Source: Lama guanicoe (Eukaryota). From it: a stretch of 57,943 nucleotides of DNA. A model generated the notes under the pieces. That model was not told the DNA's origin. It saw only the letters and a list, made by a program, of their open reading frames with translations, and searched no databases. Position 1 is the first letter of the stretch, and each line of letters starts with the position of its first letter. Position numbers and translations under genes: made by a program. Shown one piece after another: positions 12,553 through 24,899 of this stretch. The stretch lies in the NCBI GenBank assembly GCA_013239625.1, contig MU054100.1, positions 158,580 to 216,522 of the forward strand, read 5' to 3'.

Positions 12553-13246
12553 AAGTTTCTGGAGTAGAACATACAAAGGCCAGAAGTTAGATGAGTGGCT
12601 TCTAGGAGCTAAAAGATGCTAGTTTGTAACCTGCTGGAGGCAGAGTGGTGCAGCACAGGCAGGAGGCAGATACTAATAAGCCCAGATCCTTTGGAGCCTT
12701 GATGACCAGGCTGAGGAGTCTAGACTTCATTCCATGAACCGTAGTTCTAAATAGATGGGTGTTGTCATCAGACTTCCAAATTTGTAGGTTGGTCCTGGCT
12801 GCAGTGTGGGGAATAGTTGGAAGGGAGGGAGGGGGTTGTGGTGGCAGTGACGTCTTGGAAGGAGCCATTGTAGTGATTTAAGCTGGGGATTTGCAGGTGG
12901 GCTAAATATGGGTGGTATCAGTCAGAGTGGATACAATGGGCTGATTCAGGAGATATTTAGGTATTTGAAATTATTTTTGTCATTAAAAGATAGAGATATG
13001 TTTCAAGTGTGACACTCCATTTTTTGACCTGGCCATATTGTTAGAACTGGGAAACACAGAAGGAGAGAGAAAAGTTGTGATGTTCAGAAGGGTGGGTTTT
13101 GTCACATTGAGTTTGACTGGTCCTTTAGTGTAGTTTTCCAGTCTGGCTCAGAGCTTGAGTAAAAAAATCTGGGCTGAAGGTAATAATTAGGGATCAAAGG
13201 CATATAGACGATTACTTAAACTCTGTGTGTGGGTGAAAGTGTAGGA
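12553..13246 (+). repeat. 694-bp copy of 14696-15389 (L2-derived sequence)
   Basis: Identical ORFs 12602..12868 and 14745..15011 at offset 2143. Both ends were read directly from the sequence. Confidence 0.95.
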
Positions 13247-13869
13247 ATTTTTTTCCATTTTTGTTAACCAGAGGTTTTAATTGAATATCTGGGTGTTCTG
13301 CATTGTACGTAAAGAAGAAAATCACAGTTTTAGATTCAGTGATAATTAAAGCTGTTGTCTATACAGTACTGTAAATAATCAGCCCATCAAATAGGAGGTC
13401 TGTCTAGGTTATTCATAATTTTTTTTCAAAAATAATTGGATAACTAATACCCATTAAATATTGTAGTTTTTTGTTTTGTTTTTGTGGAATCAGTTATAAA
13501 TTTCTCTGATTTAAGGGGAAAAATATCTTTAGAGCTGTAGTAGGGATTGATTTAAAAATTTTTTTAAAGTATTAGCTGGTTCTGAATCCAGAGTTCAATG
13601 ATTATGACTTGAATGTAATCAAAGCAAACGACTACTGGTAACTTGTTTCTTATTATGAGAACCATCTCTTCATTAACTGATTTGCTCAAATTCTTCAAAC
13701 AGCAATGCCATGTGATTAAGAAGGATATTACAAATACAGAGACAGTGTATATATGTGCAGAATATTTGCTCTGCCAGTAACTTTTGGTTACCCTGTACGT
13801 GGATGTTTTCTTTATTTCTTTCTACTCTCTTTTCTTTCTTCCTCCTTTTTCCTTCTTTCTTAAAAACTT

Positions 13870-15750
13870 TCCTCAATTAATCAAGGAACAATTTTTGCTT
13901 ACCACTTATTGCTCTAGGCATTACAAGGGAATAGATAGACATGACCCTGATTTAAGAGCTTACAGGCTAATGGGAGATAAGAATTTTGCTACAGAAGTCA
14001 CAGTACAGTGTAGTACCTGCTACAGTAGCTGTTACAGGGTGCTGTGTGAGTCTTTTTTATTGCTTTTGTAACAAATTACCACAAATTTGGTGGCTTAAGA
14101 CAACACAGATTTATTATCTTAGATTTCTGAAGGTCTGAAGTCAGACATAAGTTTTAATGCCTATAAGCAAAAGATTGGCAGGATAGCATTTTTTTCCTGA
14201 AACTCTAGGGGAAAGGGTTTTCTTTTCCACCTTCTAGAGGCTACTTACATTCCTTGGCTCATGGCTCCCTTCCAAGTCCTGAAATTCAGTAACATTGCAT
14301 CTGTTGGGTTGTTCTTTCCTGGTCATATTCCCTCTGACCCTCTACTGGAGGCCAGGAAATGTTCTCTGAATTTAAGATCCTGTGATTATGTTGGACCCAC
14401 CTGAATAATCCAGAATAATCTCTTTACCCCAAAATCCATACTCTTAGTCACATCTACAAAGTTCTTTTTGCTGTCTAAAGTAGCACTTTCACCTGTTTCA
14501 GGGATTAGGATGTAAACATTGCTGGAGAGCCATTACTCTGCCTACCACAGGATACACAAGTACAGAAGAACACCTCTTCTAGGGCTGAGATGAAGAGTGT
14601 GTTCAAGGATGACTTTCTGGAGGGACTAATCTCTTATTCTGGACCTAAAGGGCAAGCAGTCATTAGCTAGGCTATGGAGGGAGGATAGAACTGGTAAGTT
14701 TCTGGAGTAGAACATACAAAGGCCAGAAGTTAGATGAGTGGCTTCTAGGAGCTAAAAGATGCTAGTTTGTAACCTGCTGGAGGCAGAGTGGTGCAGCACA
14801 GGCAGGAGGCAGATACTAATAAGCCCAGATCCTTTGGAGCCTTGATGACCAGGCTGAGGAGTCTAGACTTCATTCCATGAACCGTAGTTCTAAATAGATG
14901 GGTGTTGTCATCAGACTTCCAAATTTGTAGGTTGGTCCTGGCTGCAGTGTGGGGAATAGTTGGAAGGGAGGGAGGGGGTTGTGGTGGCAGTGACGTCTTG
15001 GAAGGAGCCATTGTAGTGATTTAAGCTGGGGATTTGCAGGTGGGCTAAATATGGGTGGTATCAGTCAGAGTGGATACAATGGGCTGATTCAGGAGATATT
15101 TAGGTATTTGAAATTATTTTTGTCATTAAAAGATAGAGATATGTTTCAAGTGTGACACTCCATTTTTTGACCTGGCCATATTGTTAGAACTGGGAAACAC
15201 AGAAGGAGAGAGAAAAGTTGTGATGTTCAGAAGGGTGGGTTTTGTCACATTGAGTTTGACTGGTCCTTTAGTGTAGTTTTCCAGTCTGGCTCAGAGCTTG
15301 AGTAAAAAAATCTGGGCTGAAGGTAATAATTAGGGATCAAAGGCATATAGACGATTACTTAAACTCTGTGTGTGGGTGAAAGTGTAGGATCAGAAAAGAG
15401 AATCTAGGGCAGTCCCCTGAGGAAGCCCATCAGTTAAGAGAGGTAGGGTGGGAGATTGCAACAAGCAAATAAAGATGTGCCCAGAGAGATGGCAGGGGTG
15501 TGGGGTAGGGGCAAGGGACAAAAAGTTAAGGTATGATGAAACTTGGAAAGGTTATTTCAAGGATGATGATGCAGTCAGTACTCACAGCTATCACTGAATG
15601 ATCAAGTCTAAAAGATAAGAAAAGATAGTTCAGGGCTTGGTTTGTTTTATTACTTTGGTGAGAGTAAGTAGTTTAAAGGAATAGGTAGACTTAGAATCTA
15701 GGGTTACATGTGTTGAGAGAGCAGAAATGGAAGAGATGGAGATAACAGTA
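13870..15750 (-). mobile_element. L2 LINE remnant interrupted by an MLT1 LTR
   Basis: Purine-rich, L2-like text on both sides of 14043-14549 (acttattgctctaggca...gaccctgatttaagagcttaca; ggagtctagacttcattc...gaaggagccattgtagtga). Confidence 0.6.
14043..14549 (-). mobile_element. MLT1 (MaLR, MLT1D-like) solo LTR
   Basis: TG...CA termini. Contains gtaacaaattaccacaaatttggtggcttaagacaacacagatttattatctta and ends cattactctgcctaccaca. Confidence 0.8.
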
Positions 15751-17101
15751 CCTTATGGGAATTCAGAAAGCACCAGAGACTTGGGCAGGTTAAATGCTGA
15801 TAAGGAGCCATTCCCCACCCACTGACAGATCTCTCAACCGGTACATTCCCCAGCTGTGGTAGAAGCTGTGCCTCTCAAACTTATTCTCAGTAAGTGTCAC
15901 TGATAATAGAGGTAAGTGAATAACTCCTCCCAGCAGGACACTGGTGTGGCTGAGCTTTCACAAGGTCATTTCAGGTCCTGCATTTATTGTGACCATAAGC
16001 ATCACAGAAGACATAGAGCCAAGTGTCCAGGTGACAACTGTAGACTTGTGTGTAATGTAAACCATCTGCCAGTGAAAGTAGTCTATGCATCAGCTTGTAT
16101 CCAGCATTTCCAAAACAGCCATAAAAACTGAAAATAGACTAATAAAGCCACCTTCTCTCCCTCCCCCCCACACAATCAGAGCCAAGGCTCTAGCTAATGA
16201 CCTACTAATGAAGAAACAAAGTAAAATTATTAGATCTAGGAAATCCTTTAAAAAATCTAGAGGAACTGTGTTAGTAGCTAAGTTGAGTCAAGTTGCAGGC
16301 TGTCTTGGAATCCATTGAACATGATTAGCAAGAACTCACAGCTTTGAAAAATGACTTTGCATTGTCATTACTCAAAGTTAGTATTACAGCAAAAAGGTCC
16401 ATCAAAGTCAGTTGGCAAGGTAAGGTCATATTCTAAAATATTTGAGTTAAAAAGGTCTCTCAAAGTGGAAGGCATACCCTTTTTCTCAGATTAAATTATC
16501 CAATGTGATTTGAGCATTTATTGCAATCTGTTGTTTCTGGCAGCATTTGTGAGCTGCCCAACAGCAGGAGCCAAAATAAGTTCCACTTTGCCCACCACCC
16601 CATGTGACACCCAGCCTGACTCCAGGGCCATTGTCTGGGAGGATACCATTTTGTTCTTTGAATACATAAACTCTTTAAAAAGCTACTTGACTAAACACAG
16701 AAGGAGTTAATATTTACAATATTTTGTTGGTTTCCCTGGCGACCATTAATTTCAAGAAAATGGAGACAAGGTAATCAATCTGTTTTTATCAGTAAATCAT
16801 AGGGAAATTGATAGTAAATAAATCAACCAAGACCTTTTCTAGTTGCTGAGCCACCATAGCAAACATCTTCTAAGTATTTTCTGCCAGTATTCAACATGAA
16901 ACTTTTTTCCCAAATAAATTTTAATTTCACAGATGCTCTGGGACCTGCTTCCATTGTCCTAGGATTTACTTCCGTGTGGAAAAAAAGAGTGAAAAAACTT
17001 TATTACGAACTAATAGTCTAATAGCTTTTAATACAATGTAAGTGACTTTTAACAAAACAGCAGATGTGAAATTAATACATGAATGTCTCTTGTTGGAACA
17101 G

Positions 17102-17365
17102 GCAAAAGCAGGAAGAAGGAGAAATGTCAAGATGCTTACCTGTACCCTCTGGTGGAAACAGAACCATGTCCTTGTGATGTGTTTATATCTCAACCTTATG
17201 GTAATTGGTCAGATTTCCTTCTTCCTGAAGGCAGAAGGGAGCCTCACAGAGGACTGCGGGTTCAAGGAGACAGCAAAGAATGTGGAAAAGGCGTGCGCTT
17301 CCGAGCAATGACCTGCTCTGATAAACATGGAAGGCTGGTTGACCCCGCCCACTGCAACAGCTCTG
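17102..17365 (+). CDS. THSD7B: Next internal coding exon of THSD7B, 264 nt, phase 1-1: (G)KSRKKEKCQDAYLYPLVETEPCPCDVFISQPYGNWSDFLLPEGRREPHRGLRVQGDSKECGKGVRFRAMTCSDKHGRLVDPAHCNSS(G)
   Basis: Acceptor tctcttgttggaacAG ends at 17101. Donor TCTG|GTAAGG starts at 17366. It splices in frame to the upstream exon (QLT-G-KSRKKEKC) and lies within ORF 17083..17691. Confidence 0.93.
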
Positions 17366-19620
17366 GTAAGGAGATGGGGAGGTTTGTCCCAGGTCTAGAA
17401 TTAGTAGCTTTGTTTCTTAGTAATGTTTCCCTTCTCCTCTGGCAAGAACACACTGCCTCTCATACAATATGGGCGTATGAAATGCACATATCCATATCTC
17501 ACTCTTCTCCGAGAAAGCCAAAGTCCAGTACAAACAAATATATTTTATGCTTTATTGGTGCTCTGGTCATATATTTAGAAGGCATCAGGCCTTGGATTTC
17601 TTCTAAAGATGTGGACAGAATACCAAAGAATAAGTTTAATTTTAAATGTTTTACAGTGCAGTATATAAGTACACCCAAATTAATAGACTAGAACTGTAGA
17701 AAAGAAATTAGGCAATCTGGAAATGTTTTTGTGATGTTAATCTGGGTGAAGACTGTTTTTGGGGGGAGGGGATGGGGAACCTTGGGATGATTTAAAAGAT
17801 ATTGTTGAACAGAGAAAAGAATGATGGTTAAATATGGTCAGGGTAAACACTGATGGAAGAGGCTGAGATTAATGATTACAATGCGGCTTATGAATTTCCT
17901 CCCCTATTTTTTGGTTTTTAATTACCTTTTTAAAAAAACTAAACAAGTTAGGGATTTTACAGAAGGTATGGATAGAGAGAATTGATGTTTGAGTGACAAA
18001 CTCTTAAAAAAAAAGTAGATTTTTGTCTCTGTCATCAAGGTCTTGTATTCTAATAAACTTTCTCAATAATGCCAGAAATGGCAAATTGAATTCAGTTTTT
18101 ACACACAAGTCGACTAAATGATAGTTCATCTTTATTCTTTATTGCCAGTGTAACAGCTCGTTTTGCTTAGGATATTTATAGGAATGCAATTTAAGGTTTA
18201 ATGATTTTTTAATTAGTATGGTTGTTGCTCTGCTTACTCAGTTAGTCTAGAGAATTTTATTCAGTAATTTTACTTTCAGAAACATTAAACACATCGTAAG
18301 CAGGTAATGGACCCATTTTACAGAGGCCAAAGTTGGTCAACTCAAATCTTTTTTTCACCTTTAATGTACATATTAGTTTATTTTTAAAATTTTTGTCTTA
18401 AAATATATTTGACTTATAGCATTGCATACATTTAAGGTGTATGACATGTTAATTCTGTACATTTGTAGGTTGTAATGTGATTGTGATTATAGTGAAAATT
18501 ATTACCTGTAACACTGCATAATTACCATTCCCTTTTAGTGGCTGGAATAATTCTAGTCTCTTAGCAAGTTTGATTATAACACAATATTGTTGTCCATATT
18601 CACTGTACTGTGCATTAGATCTCTAGGACTTATTTTCTGCTAATTCCAAATTTGTATCATTAAATAACTATCCTATCCCTGTAAATCCCTTCACTCCCAT
18701 TCCCTGGAAACCCCTCTTACTCTGCTTTTATGAGTTTGGCTTTTTTAGATTCCATGTATGAGTATGATGTAACAGTGATATGAGTTATGAGTGAGATAAC
18801 ACAGTATTTGTCTTTCTCTGACTAATGTATCTCACTTCATATAATATCCTGAAGATCTTTCATATGTTCACAAGTGGCAGAATGTCTTTTTCATGGCTAA
18901 ATAATATTTCATCATGTATATACTCTACATCTTTATCCATTCATCTATTGATGGACACATAGATTGTTTTTGTATCTTGGCTATTGTGAATAATGCAGCA
19001 GTAAACATGGGAATGCCTGCATCTCTTTGATATCTTGTTTTCACTTTTGGGGGATGTATACACAGAAGTAGAATTGTTGAATCATATGGTAGTTCTGTTT
19101 TTACTTTTTTGAGGAATCTGCGTATTTTACATAGTAGCCGCACCAATTTACATTTGACCAACAGTGTGCAGGGATTGCCTTTCTCTACACCCACATCAAT
19201 ACTTGTTGTCTCTAGTCTTCTTGATGATTACTATACTAACGGGGTCATAAGATAGCCCATGTGGTTTTGACTTGCATTTCCTTGATGATTGGTGGTGTTG
19301 AGAATCTTTTCATGCACTACTTGGCCATTTGGATGTTTTCTTCAGAAAGTCTATTTTGGTCCTCTGCTTAGTGTTTAATTGGATTGTTTGTTTTTTGTTA
19401 TTGAGTTGTATACATTCTTTATATATCTTGGATATTAACCTCTTATCTAATATATGGTTTGCAAAAGTTTCCTCCCATTCTAGAGGTTGCTTATTCACTT
19501 TGTTAGTTGTTTCTATTGCTGTGCAAAATCTTAAGTTTGATGTGATTCTATTTGTCAATTTTTACTTTTATCATTTATGTTTTTGGTGTCATAACCAAAA
19601 AGTCATCGCCAAGACCATTG

Positions 19621-21389
19621 GTTTTTTTGTTGTTGTTTGTTTGTTTTGTTTAATAGTCTTCCTTATTTTTTAATTGAAGTATAGTCAGTTTACAGTGTAT
19701 CAATTTCTGGTGTACACCATAATGTTTCAGTCATACATGCACATACATGTATTTGTTTTCATATTCTTTTTGACCATAAGTTACAAGATATTGAATATAG
19801 TCCCCTGTGCTATACAGTATAAATTTGTTGTTTATCTATTTTATATATATTAGTGTCTGCAAATCTTAAACTCCTAATTTATCCCTTCCCACCCTTTTCT
19901 CCCCCTGTTAACCGTAAGTTTGTTTTCTATGTCTGTGAGTCTGTTTCTGTTTTGCAAATAAGTTTGTCTCTTTTTTTTTATGATTCCACATAAAAGTAAT
20001 ATCATATGGTATTTTTCTTTCTCTTTTCTGGCTTGTTTCACTTAGAATGACAATCTGCAGGTTTATCCATGTTGCTGCAAATGGCATTATTTTATTATTT
20101 TTTTTATGGCTGAGCAGTATTCCATTATATAAATCTATCACAGCTTCTTTATCCAGTTATTGTTGATGGACATTTAGGTTGTTTCTGTGTGTTGGCTATT
20201 GTAAATAGTGCTGCTATGAACATTTGGGTGCATGTATCTTTTTGAATTAAGGTTCCCTCTGGATATATGCCCTGGAGTGGGACTGCTGGATAATATGGTA
20301 AATCTATTTTTAGTCTTTTGAGGAATCTCCATACTGTTTTCCATAATGGCTGCACCAAACTACATTCCCACAAACAGTGTAGGAGGGCTCCATTTTCTCC
20401 ACAGCCTCTCCAGCATTCATCATTTGTGGACTTTTGAATGATGGCCATTCTGACTGGTGTGAGGTAGTCTCATTGTAGTTTTGACTTGCATTTCTCCAAT
20501 AATTAGTTATATTGAGCATTTTTTCATGTGCCTATTGGCCATTTGTTTGTCTTCCTTGGAGAATTGCATGTTTAGATCTTCTGCCCATTTTTTGTATTGG
20601 GTTGTTTGTTTTTAAGTTGTATGAGCTGCTTATATATTCTGGAAATTAAGCTCTAGACAAGTCTCATCTTCTGCAAATATTTTCTCCCATTCCATATGTT
20701 GTCTTTTTGTTTTACTTATGGTTTCCTTTGCTCTGCAAAAGCTCATAAGTTTAATTAGGTCCTATTTGTTTGTTTTTGCTTTTGTTTCTATTGCCTGGGT
20801 AGACTGCCCTAGGACAACATTGCTAAGATTAATGTCAGCTAATGTTTTGGCCTATGTTTTCTTCTAAGAGGTTTATAGTGTCTTGTCTTATGTTTAAGTC
20901 TTTAAGCCATTTTGAGTTTGTGTGTGTGTGTGTGTGTATGGGGTGAGGGAGTATTCTAACTTCATTAATTTCCACACAGCTGTCCAGTTTTCCCAGCACC
21001 ATTTGGTCAAGAGACTGTCTTTACTCCATTGTATGTTCATGCCTCCTTTGTATTAAAAAAAAAACGGACCAAAAGTCTGTGAGTTTATTTCTGGGCTATT
21101 CTATTCCATTGATCCGTATGTCTGTTTTTGTACCAATACTATTCTGTTCTGATTACTGTAGCTCTGTAGTATTGTCTGAAGTGTGGGGGGATTATTCCTC
21201 CAGCTTCATTCTTTTTCTTCAGTATTGCTTTGGCAATTCTGGGTCTTTTGTGATTTCATTTAAATTTTAGCATGATTTGTTCTAGTTCTTGAAAAATATC
21301 CTGAGTAACTTGATAGGGATCACATTAAATCTGTAGATTCCTTTGGGTATTATGGCTATTTTAACAATATTAATTCTTCCAATCCAAGA
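19621..21389 (-). mobile_element. Younger 5'-truncated LINE-1 nested in the older L1
   Basis: T-rich tail at 19621 and a second 3' UTR. A second ORF2 C-terminus is at 20149..20448 ([32 protein letters not shown]). The outer element resumes after about 21390. Confidence 0.85.
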
Positions 21390-23841
21390 TAACTGTTGAA
21401 CAGCTTCTTTTCTGCATTTTCTTCTAGCAGTTTTATGGTATCAGGTCTTGTGTTTGGGCTTTGTCCATTTCAAGTTAATTTTCATGAGTAGGGTAAGATA
21501 GGGATTCAATTTAATTGTTCTATAAGTGTTTATGCAGCTTTCTGAGTACCATTTGTTGGAAAGACTATCATTTCCCCATCAGGTGGTCCCTGGCTCCTTA
21601 ACTAATATTAAACAAATATTAGTTGACTGAATGTGTTGGAGTTTACTTCTGAAATCTCTAATCTGTTCCATTTGTCTATTTTTATGGTAGTACCATACTT
21701 GAAGTACTATAGCTTTATAATGCAGTGTAAAATCGGAAAATGTGATACCTGCAGCTTTGTTCTTTCTCAGGATTTCTTTATCTATTTAGCTAAATATGTA
21801 TTATTCCATACAAATTTTAGCATTTGTTTTTTCTATTTCTGTGAAGAATGCCATTGGAACTTTGATAGACATTGTGTTGAGTCTGCAGATGGCTTTGGGT
21901 GATATGGATATTTTAACAATATAAATCCTTTTTATCCATGAATACAAGATATCTTTCCATTTGTTATGTCTTCTTTAACTTCTTTCAGTGAAGTATCGTG
22001 GTTTTCATTGTACAGATCTTTCACTTCCTTGGTTAAATTTATCCTTAGGTATTTTATTGGTTTTGATGCTATTGTGAATGGGATAGTTTTCTTTATTTTT
22101 TCAGATGTTTCATTACTAGTGAGTAGAAGTACAACTGATTTCTTTTTGTTGATTTTATATCCTTAAACTTTACTGAAATCATTGATTAGTTCCAACAGTT
22201 TTTTGGTTAAATCTTTGGGATTTTCTGTATACAAAACCATATCATCTGCAAGTAGAGAGTTTTGCTTCTTCCATCCTGACTTGGATATATTTTATTGCCT
22301 TGTCTTGCCTAATTTCTCTAGCTAGGACTTCTAATGCTGTGTTAAATAAGAGTGGTGAGAATGGGCAACCTTGTTTTGTTCCTAATCTTAGAGGAAAACC
22401 TTTCAGTGTTTCACTGTTGAGTATAATATTAAGTCTGGGTTTGTCACAGATGGCTTTTGTTATGTTGAGGTATGTTCCTTTTATATGCAATCTCTTCAGG
22501 GTTTTATCGTGGAAGGAAATGTGAAAATATTTTCTTTCATTCTGTTAATGAGATGTAAAACATTTATCAATTTGCATATTGCATCTCAGGGATAAATCCT
22601 ACTTATCATGGTGTGTAATCCTTTTAATGTGTTCAATTCAGTTTACTAATATTGATTTTTTTGTATTTATGTTCATCAGTAGTATTGGTGTATAGTTTTG
22701 GGGGGTTTTTTAGTGGCCATATTTAATTTAGGTATCTGGGTAATGCTGCCCTTGTAGAATGAATTTGAAAGTGTTCCCTTCGCTTGAGTTTTTTGGAAAA
22801 GTATGGGAAGGGTTGGCATAAATTCTTCAGATGTTTGATAGAATTCACACATAGAGCCATCTGGTTATGTAGTTTACTGCTTTGGGAGGTTTTTGGTTAT
22901 AAATTGTCTCCATATTCATTATTGGTCTCTTTAGATTTTCTGTTCTTCCATATTCAGTCTTGGTTGGCTGCGTGTTTCTAGAAATTTATCTTTTTCTTTC
23001 AGGTTATCTGACTTGCTGGCATATAGCAGTTCATAGTAGTCTTTTATTATCCTTTACATTTCTGTAGTATCAGTTGTAATGTCTCCTCTTTCATTTCTAA
23101 TTTTGAGTCTTCTGTTTTTTGAGTCTAGCTGAGAGTTTGTCAATTTTGTTCATCTTTTTGAATATCCAGCTTAATTTCATCGATCATTTCTTTTGTTTCT
23201 CTGATTTTTTAATTTATTTTCTCCCTTATCTTTATTTGCTTTCTTCTAACTTTGGGCTGAATTTATTCTTGTGGTTTCTTGAAGTATAAAGTTAGGTAGT
23301 TCAGACTTCTAATTTCTTAACATAGCCACTTATTACTGTAAACTTTCCTCCAAGAGCTGTTTTTTGCAATATCACCTAGGATTTGATGTTTTCTTTCCTT
23401 TTTGTTTCAAGATAATTTATTTCTGTTTTCATTATTTGCCCATTGGTTGTTTAGAAGTGTGTTTAGTTTCCACATCATTGTAGATTGTCTTGTTGATTTC
23501 TAGGTTCATACCATTGTGGTCAGAAAAGATGGCTGATGTGATTTCAGTCTTAAATTTGCTAGGACACAAGATAAGTCTTATCATAATCTAATCTGGAGAA
23601 TATTCTGTGAGCACTTGAAAGAATGTATTCTCTGCTGCTGTTGAATGGATACTCTATATACATCTGTTAAGTCCATTTGGTCTAAAGTATGGTTCAGTTC
23701 CAACATTTCTGCATCAGTTTTGTCTGGGTGATCTCTATTGCTGACAGAGGTATACTATTGTTGTATATGTCTCCCTTCAGATATGTTAGTACTTAATATA
23801 TTTAGGTGCCCTAAGGCTGGGTGTGTATGTAGTCATGATTG

Positions 23842-23975
23842 TTTATATATATATATGTGTGTGTGTGTGTGTATAATGTATGTATGTATACATGTATGTA
23901 TATGTATATATGAGATATGATAATATATATATGGTATAATAATATGTATCTACCTATATAGAGAGGGAGAGAGAG
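23842..23975. repeat. Compound (TA)/(TG)/(GA) microsatellite
   Basis: Read directly from the sequence. Confidence 0.85.
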
Positions 23976-24899
23976 ACTCCTTTATTATTATATAATGACC
24001 TTATTTGTGTTCATTTTTGGCTTGAAGTCTATTTTGTCTGATAAGTATGGCTATGTCTGCTTTCTTTTGGTTTCCACCTGCATGGAATGTTTTATTCTAT
24101 CCTTTTACTTTGAGCCTCCATGTGTCTTTAGAACTGAAATGAGTCTCCCGTAGGCATCATATAATTGGACCCTTTTTTTCAATCCATTCAGATATTCTTT
24201 GCTGTTTGGTGAATTCAGTTCACTTACATTTAAATGTAAGGATCTGCTACTGTCATCTTGTTTGCCTTCTGGTTGTTCTGTATGCCCATTATTTTACTCT
24301 TTTACCTGTCTTTGTAAATTGGTGGTTTTCCATGATGATGTTTTCTCTGGCCCTTTTTGATGTTTTTGTGAATCTACTCTAGATTTTTGCTTTGTGGTTA
24401 CCACTCCCTCTATGAAAGAGATCAATACTCTTTAACCTCTTCTGCTGGAGAGGTAGCTACTGCCACTTCCAGAAACTTAGCCCTTGCTGTGTCACACTGG
24501 AGAGGGAGAAGCACCTCAGAAATTTTCTCCCATTCCTCTGCAACTGAACTGTTCTCTATTCCATTCCAGTGGCATTCAGGAATCTCCCCTAGGAAGCCTG
24601 TACTTCCAAACATTCTCCTGTCCATGAGTATGTGCCCAGTTTTGCCCTCTCCTTGTTCTTTCTTTTCTGATCTCGGTGAGTGGAAGTATGGCAGCTTTTT
24701 CCAACTCCTTTGTGTTCACAACCCCCACTGACATCCCCTTTGTTTATGTTTGGATGACCAGGTGGACTAGAAATCTCCAGGTCCCTTGGTGTAATAGTAG
24801 AGTTACTTTTGTTTGGTTATGGATGTCTAGTTAGTTATTACAAAAAGGGAAGAGAAGGAATGCCTTGCCCCACCATGTATCTGATGTCACCTGCATCTT

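Larger units (their letters stand above)
10596..17101 (+). other. THSD7B: GT-AG intron (about 6.5 kb) between the two THSD7B exons
   Basis: GT at 10596-10597 and AG at 17100-17101, with compatible phases. Confidence 0.88.
18378..24400 (-). mobile_element. Older degenerate LINE-1 (L1MA-like), with ORF2 and 3' UTR, antisense to the gene
   Basis: ORF fragments 18925..19194 (ORF2 C-terminus), 19310..19558 and 22242..22490 (RT motif [17 protein letters not shown]), with many stops and frameshifts. Confidence 0.88.

Noticed and set aside
15750..16720. Possible old LTR element
   Set aside because: It has an LTR-like texture, but I could not assign termini or a family with confidence.
17083..17691. 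202-aa ORF as a standalone gene
   Set aside because: Only 17102-17365 is bounded by splice sites and TSR-like. The rest is read-through into intron.
18378..24400. Active retroelement or novel reverse-transcriptase system
   Set aside because: These are ordinary decayed LINE-1 ORF2 fragments with many stops and frameshifts.
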